Shown: in pieces, positions 63,267 through 64,000 of the stretch | How the letters are laid out: each line of letters opens with the position of its first letter | Numbering within the stretch: position 1 is the stretch's first letter | Assembly (NCBI GenBank): GCA_009691445.1 | Contig: SICL01000002.1 | Location: 63-64,062, forward strand | Source of the DNA: Candidatus Taenariivivens baikalensis | GTDB lineage: Bacteria > Omnitrophota > Omnitrophia > Omnitrophales > Aquincolibacteriaceae | Reading direction: 5' to 3' | Length of the DNA: 64,000 nucleotides | The notes under the pieces: model-generated | What the model was told of the DNA's origin: nothing | The model's input: only the letters and a program-made list of their open reading frames with translations | Databases searched by the model: none | Position numbers and translations under genes: made by a program

Positions 63267-64000
63267 TTACTTCAGGCGGTAGACTGTATAAACATATTGA
63301 GATTCCCGGATATTTTGGGAGCGGATCTCGGTTAAGAATTCCGTTTTGGCGCTATTTTTCAACAGGTTGTCAAGAAACGGGTATAAATTGGATCCTCCTT
63401 TGGATGATGCAGGGATGATTTCATTTCGTAAAATATGAGTCACACCCTGTTGCTTGAGCAAAGTAATCAGCGTTGCTTCATTCCAGTCGGGACGATTCCG
63501 GTAGATGCGGTAAAACATCCAGGCATCGATTAAGCGGGGCTTGAAATAGAGATGATGAACTTCATTGGCATTAAAGATGACAGCATGAGCAGGAAGATGC
63601 TGATTGATCCATTCAGCAGCTGGATAGGCTCGGTCATAATGCCGCAAGAACACCTCTCGACTTTCATGCTTGATTAAATAAATGAGTTGGGCTCGGTAGT
63701 GTCGAATACCCAAGGCCAAATAGCCGAAAAGAGCGAGCAGACATACCACGCTGATTGGGTGCAAAATTTTAGAATTAAACCTTTCTCTTAGATCATTGAA
63801 TCCATACACGCAGCTTAAAAGCATTAGGGGGAAAATGGACAAAAGAAACCGAATGTCCTGGGCGGATAAAAACCACAGTGCCGTTACAACGAAGCTGATA
63901 AAAAAATAGGGACGTGCTTTTGGATTTTTGAATGCCCCCCAGGCGGCACAAGGAACAAGTAAGGTATAGAGGGGTCCAATCCAATGGTATTGATTGAATG
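63267..64000 (-). CDS. Polytopic membrane protein with C-terminal soluble domain (GT-C-like candidate), N-terminus beyond window end
   Basis: The ORF-track entry starts at a TTG. Manual translation shows the frame stays open through position 64000 (...FISFVVTALWFLSAQDIRFLLSIFPLMLLSCVYG...), so the gene begins outside the window. It has hydrophobic helices followed by a soluble tail. Confidence 0.5.
   Translation of the reverse strand, partial: FNQYHWIGPLYTLLVPCAAWGAFKNPKARPYFFISFVVTALWFLSAQDIRFLLSIFPLMLLSCVYGFNDLRERFNSKILHPISVVCLLALFGYLALGIRHYRAQLIYLIKHESREVFLRHYDRAYPAAEWINQHLPAHAVIFNANEVHHLYFKPRLIDAWMFYRIYRNRPDWNEATLITLLKQQGVTHILRNEIIPASSKGGSNLYPFLDNLLKNSAKTEFLTEIRSQNIRESQYVYTVYRLK

Overview
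This 64 kb window holds about 60 densely packed, mostly translationally coupled genes, and nearly all of it is a glycoconjugate (LPS, O-antigen or capsule-like) biosynthesis island. The organism looks like a moderately low-GC (~45% by eye) Gram-negative-type bacterium. I found no rRNA, tRNA, CRISPR array, transposase or integrase.

Gene order:
- 1-12857 (minus strand): partial GmhB heptose phosphatase; DegT aminotransferase; GT2; polyprenyl-phosphate hexose-1-phosphate transferase; GT4; GT4; GT9 heptosyltransferase; an O-carbamoyltransferase with SxtK/SxtJ-like small proteins; an O-antigen-ligase-like protein; two GT2.
- 12925-15449 (plus): an MBOAT plus DltD/AlgJ-like acylation pair.
- 15439-19261 (minus): GT4; WecB 2-epimerase; a DUF2079 membrane protein.
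- 19742-29096 (plus): a CDP-3,6-dideoxyhexose module (rfbF; rfbG; SDR; FkbM methyltransferase; rfbH/E1); a GtrB-like polyprenyl-P glycosyltransferase; a two-subunit transketolase; a GT-C (ArnT/PMT-like) transferase.
- 29150-64000 (minus): one co-directional super-operon of about 34 genes:
  - a second GT-C and a second MBOAT plus SGNH pair;
  - a CDP-alcohol phosphotransferase-family protein, SAM methyltransferase, Wzx flippase and TagF-like 634-aa protein;
  - a KdsB-like CMP-ulosonate synthetase next to an unusual set (HpcH-type aldolase; HAD phosphatase; 4Fe-4S dicluster protein; DRE-TIM/MptE-like fusion; P-loop protein);
  - a HisF/HisH/WbpG-like amidotransferase trio;
  - a near-complete legionaminic-acid-type CMP-nonulosonate pathway (ptmA/ptmB/ptmF/ptmE-like genes, PglD-like acetyltransferase, NeuB/LegI-like synthase, NeuC/LegG-like, LegC-like, LegB-like) with an inserted PIG-L deacetylase and formyltransferase;
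  - an excisionase-family HTH;
  - a 712-aa B12-binding radical SAM enzyme;
  - a GDP-fucose-synthase-like protein and a GDP-mannose-3,5-epimerase-like protein with no Gmd;
  - a split Rieske oxygenase (Rieske domain and catalytic domain as two coupled ORFs);
  - a partial membrane protein that runs off the window end.

A family of short imperfect palindromic intergenic repeats (core GTCATTGCGAG/CTCGCAATGAC with GAGATTGC hairpins) recurs in at least five intergenic gaps.

The most novel-looking parts are the KdsB-associated non-canonical aldolase/Fe-S/DRE-TIM module, the B12-radical-SAM plus Fcl/GME trio, the split Rieske oxygenase, the split transketolase inside a CDP-dideoxyhexose locus, and the doubly modified (amidino plus formyl) nonulosonate pathway.
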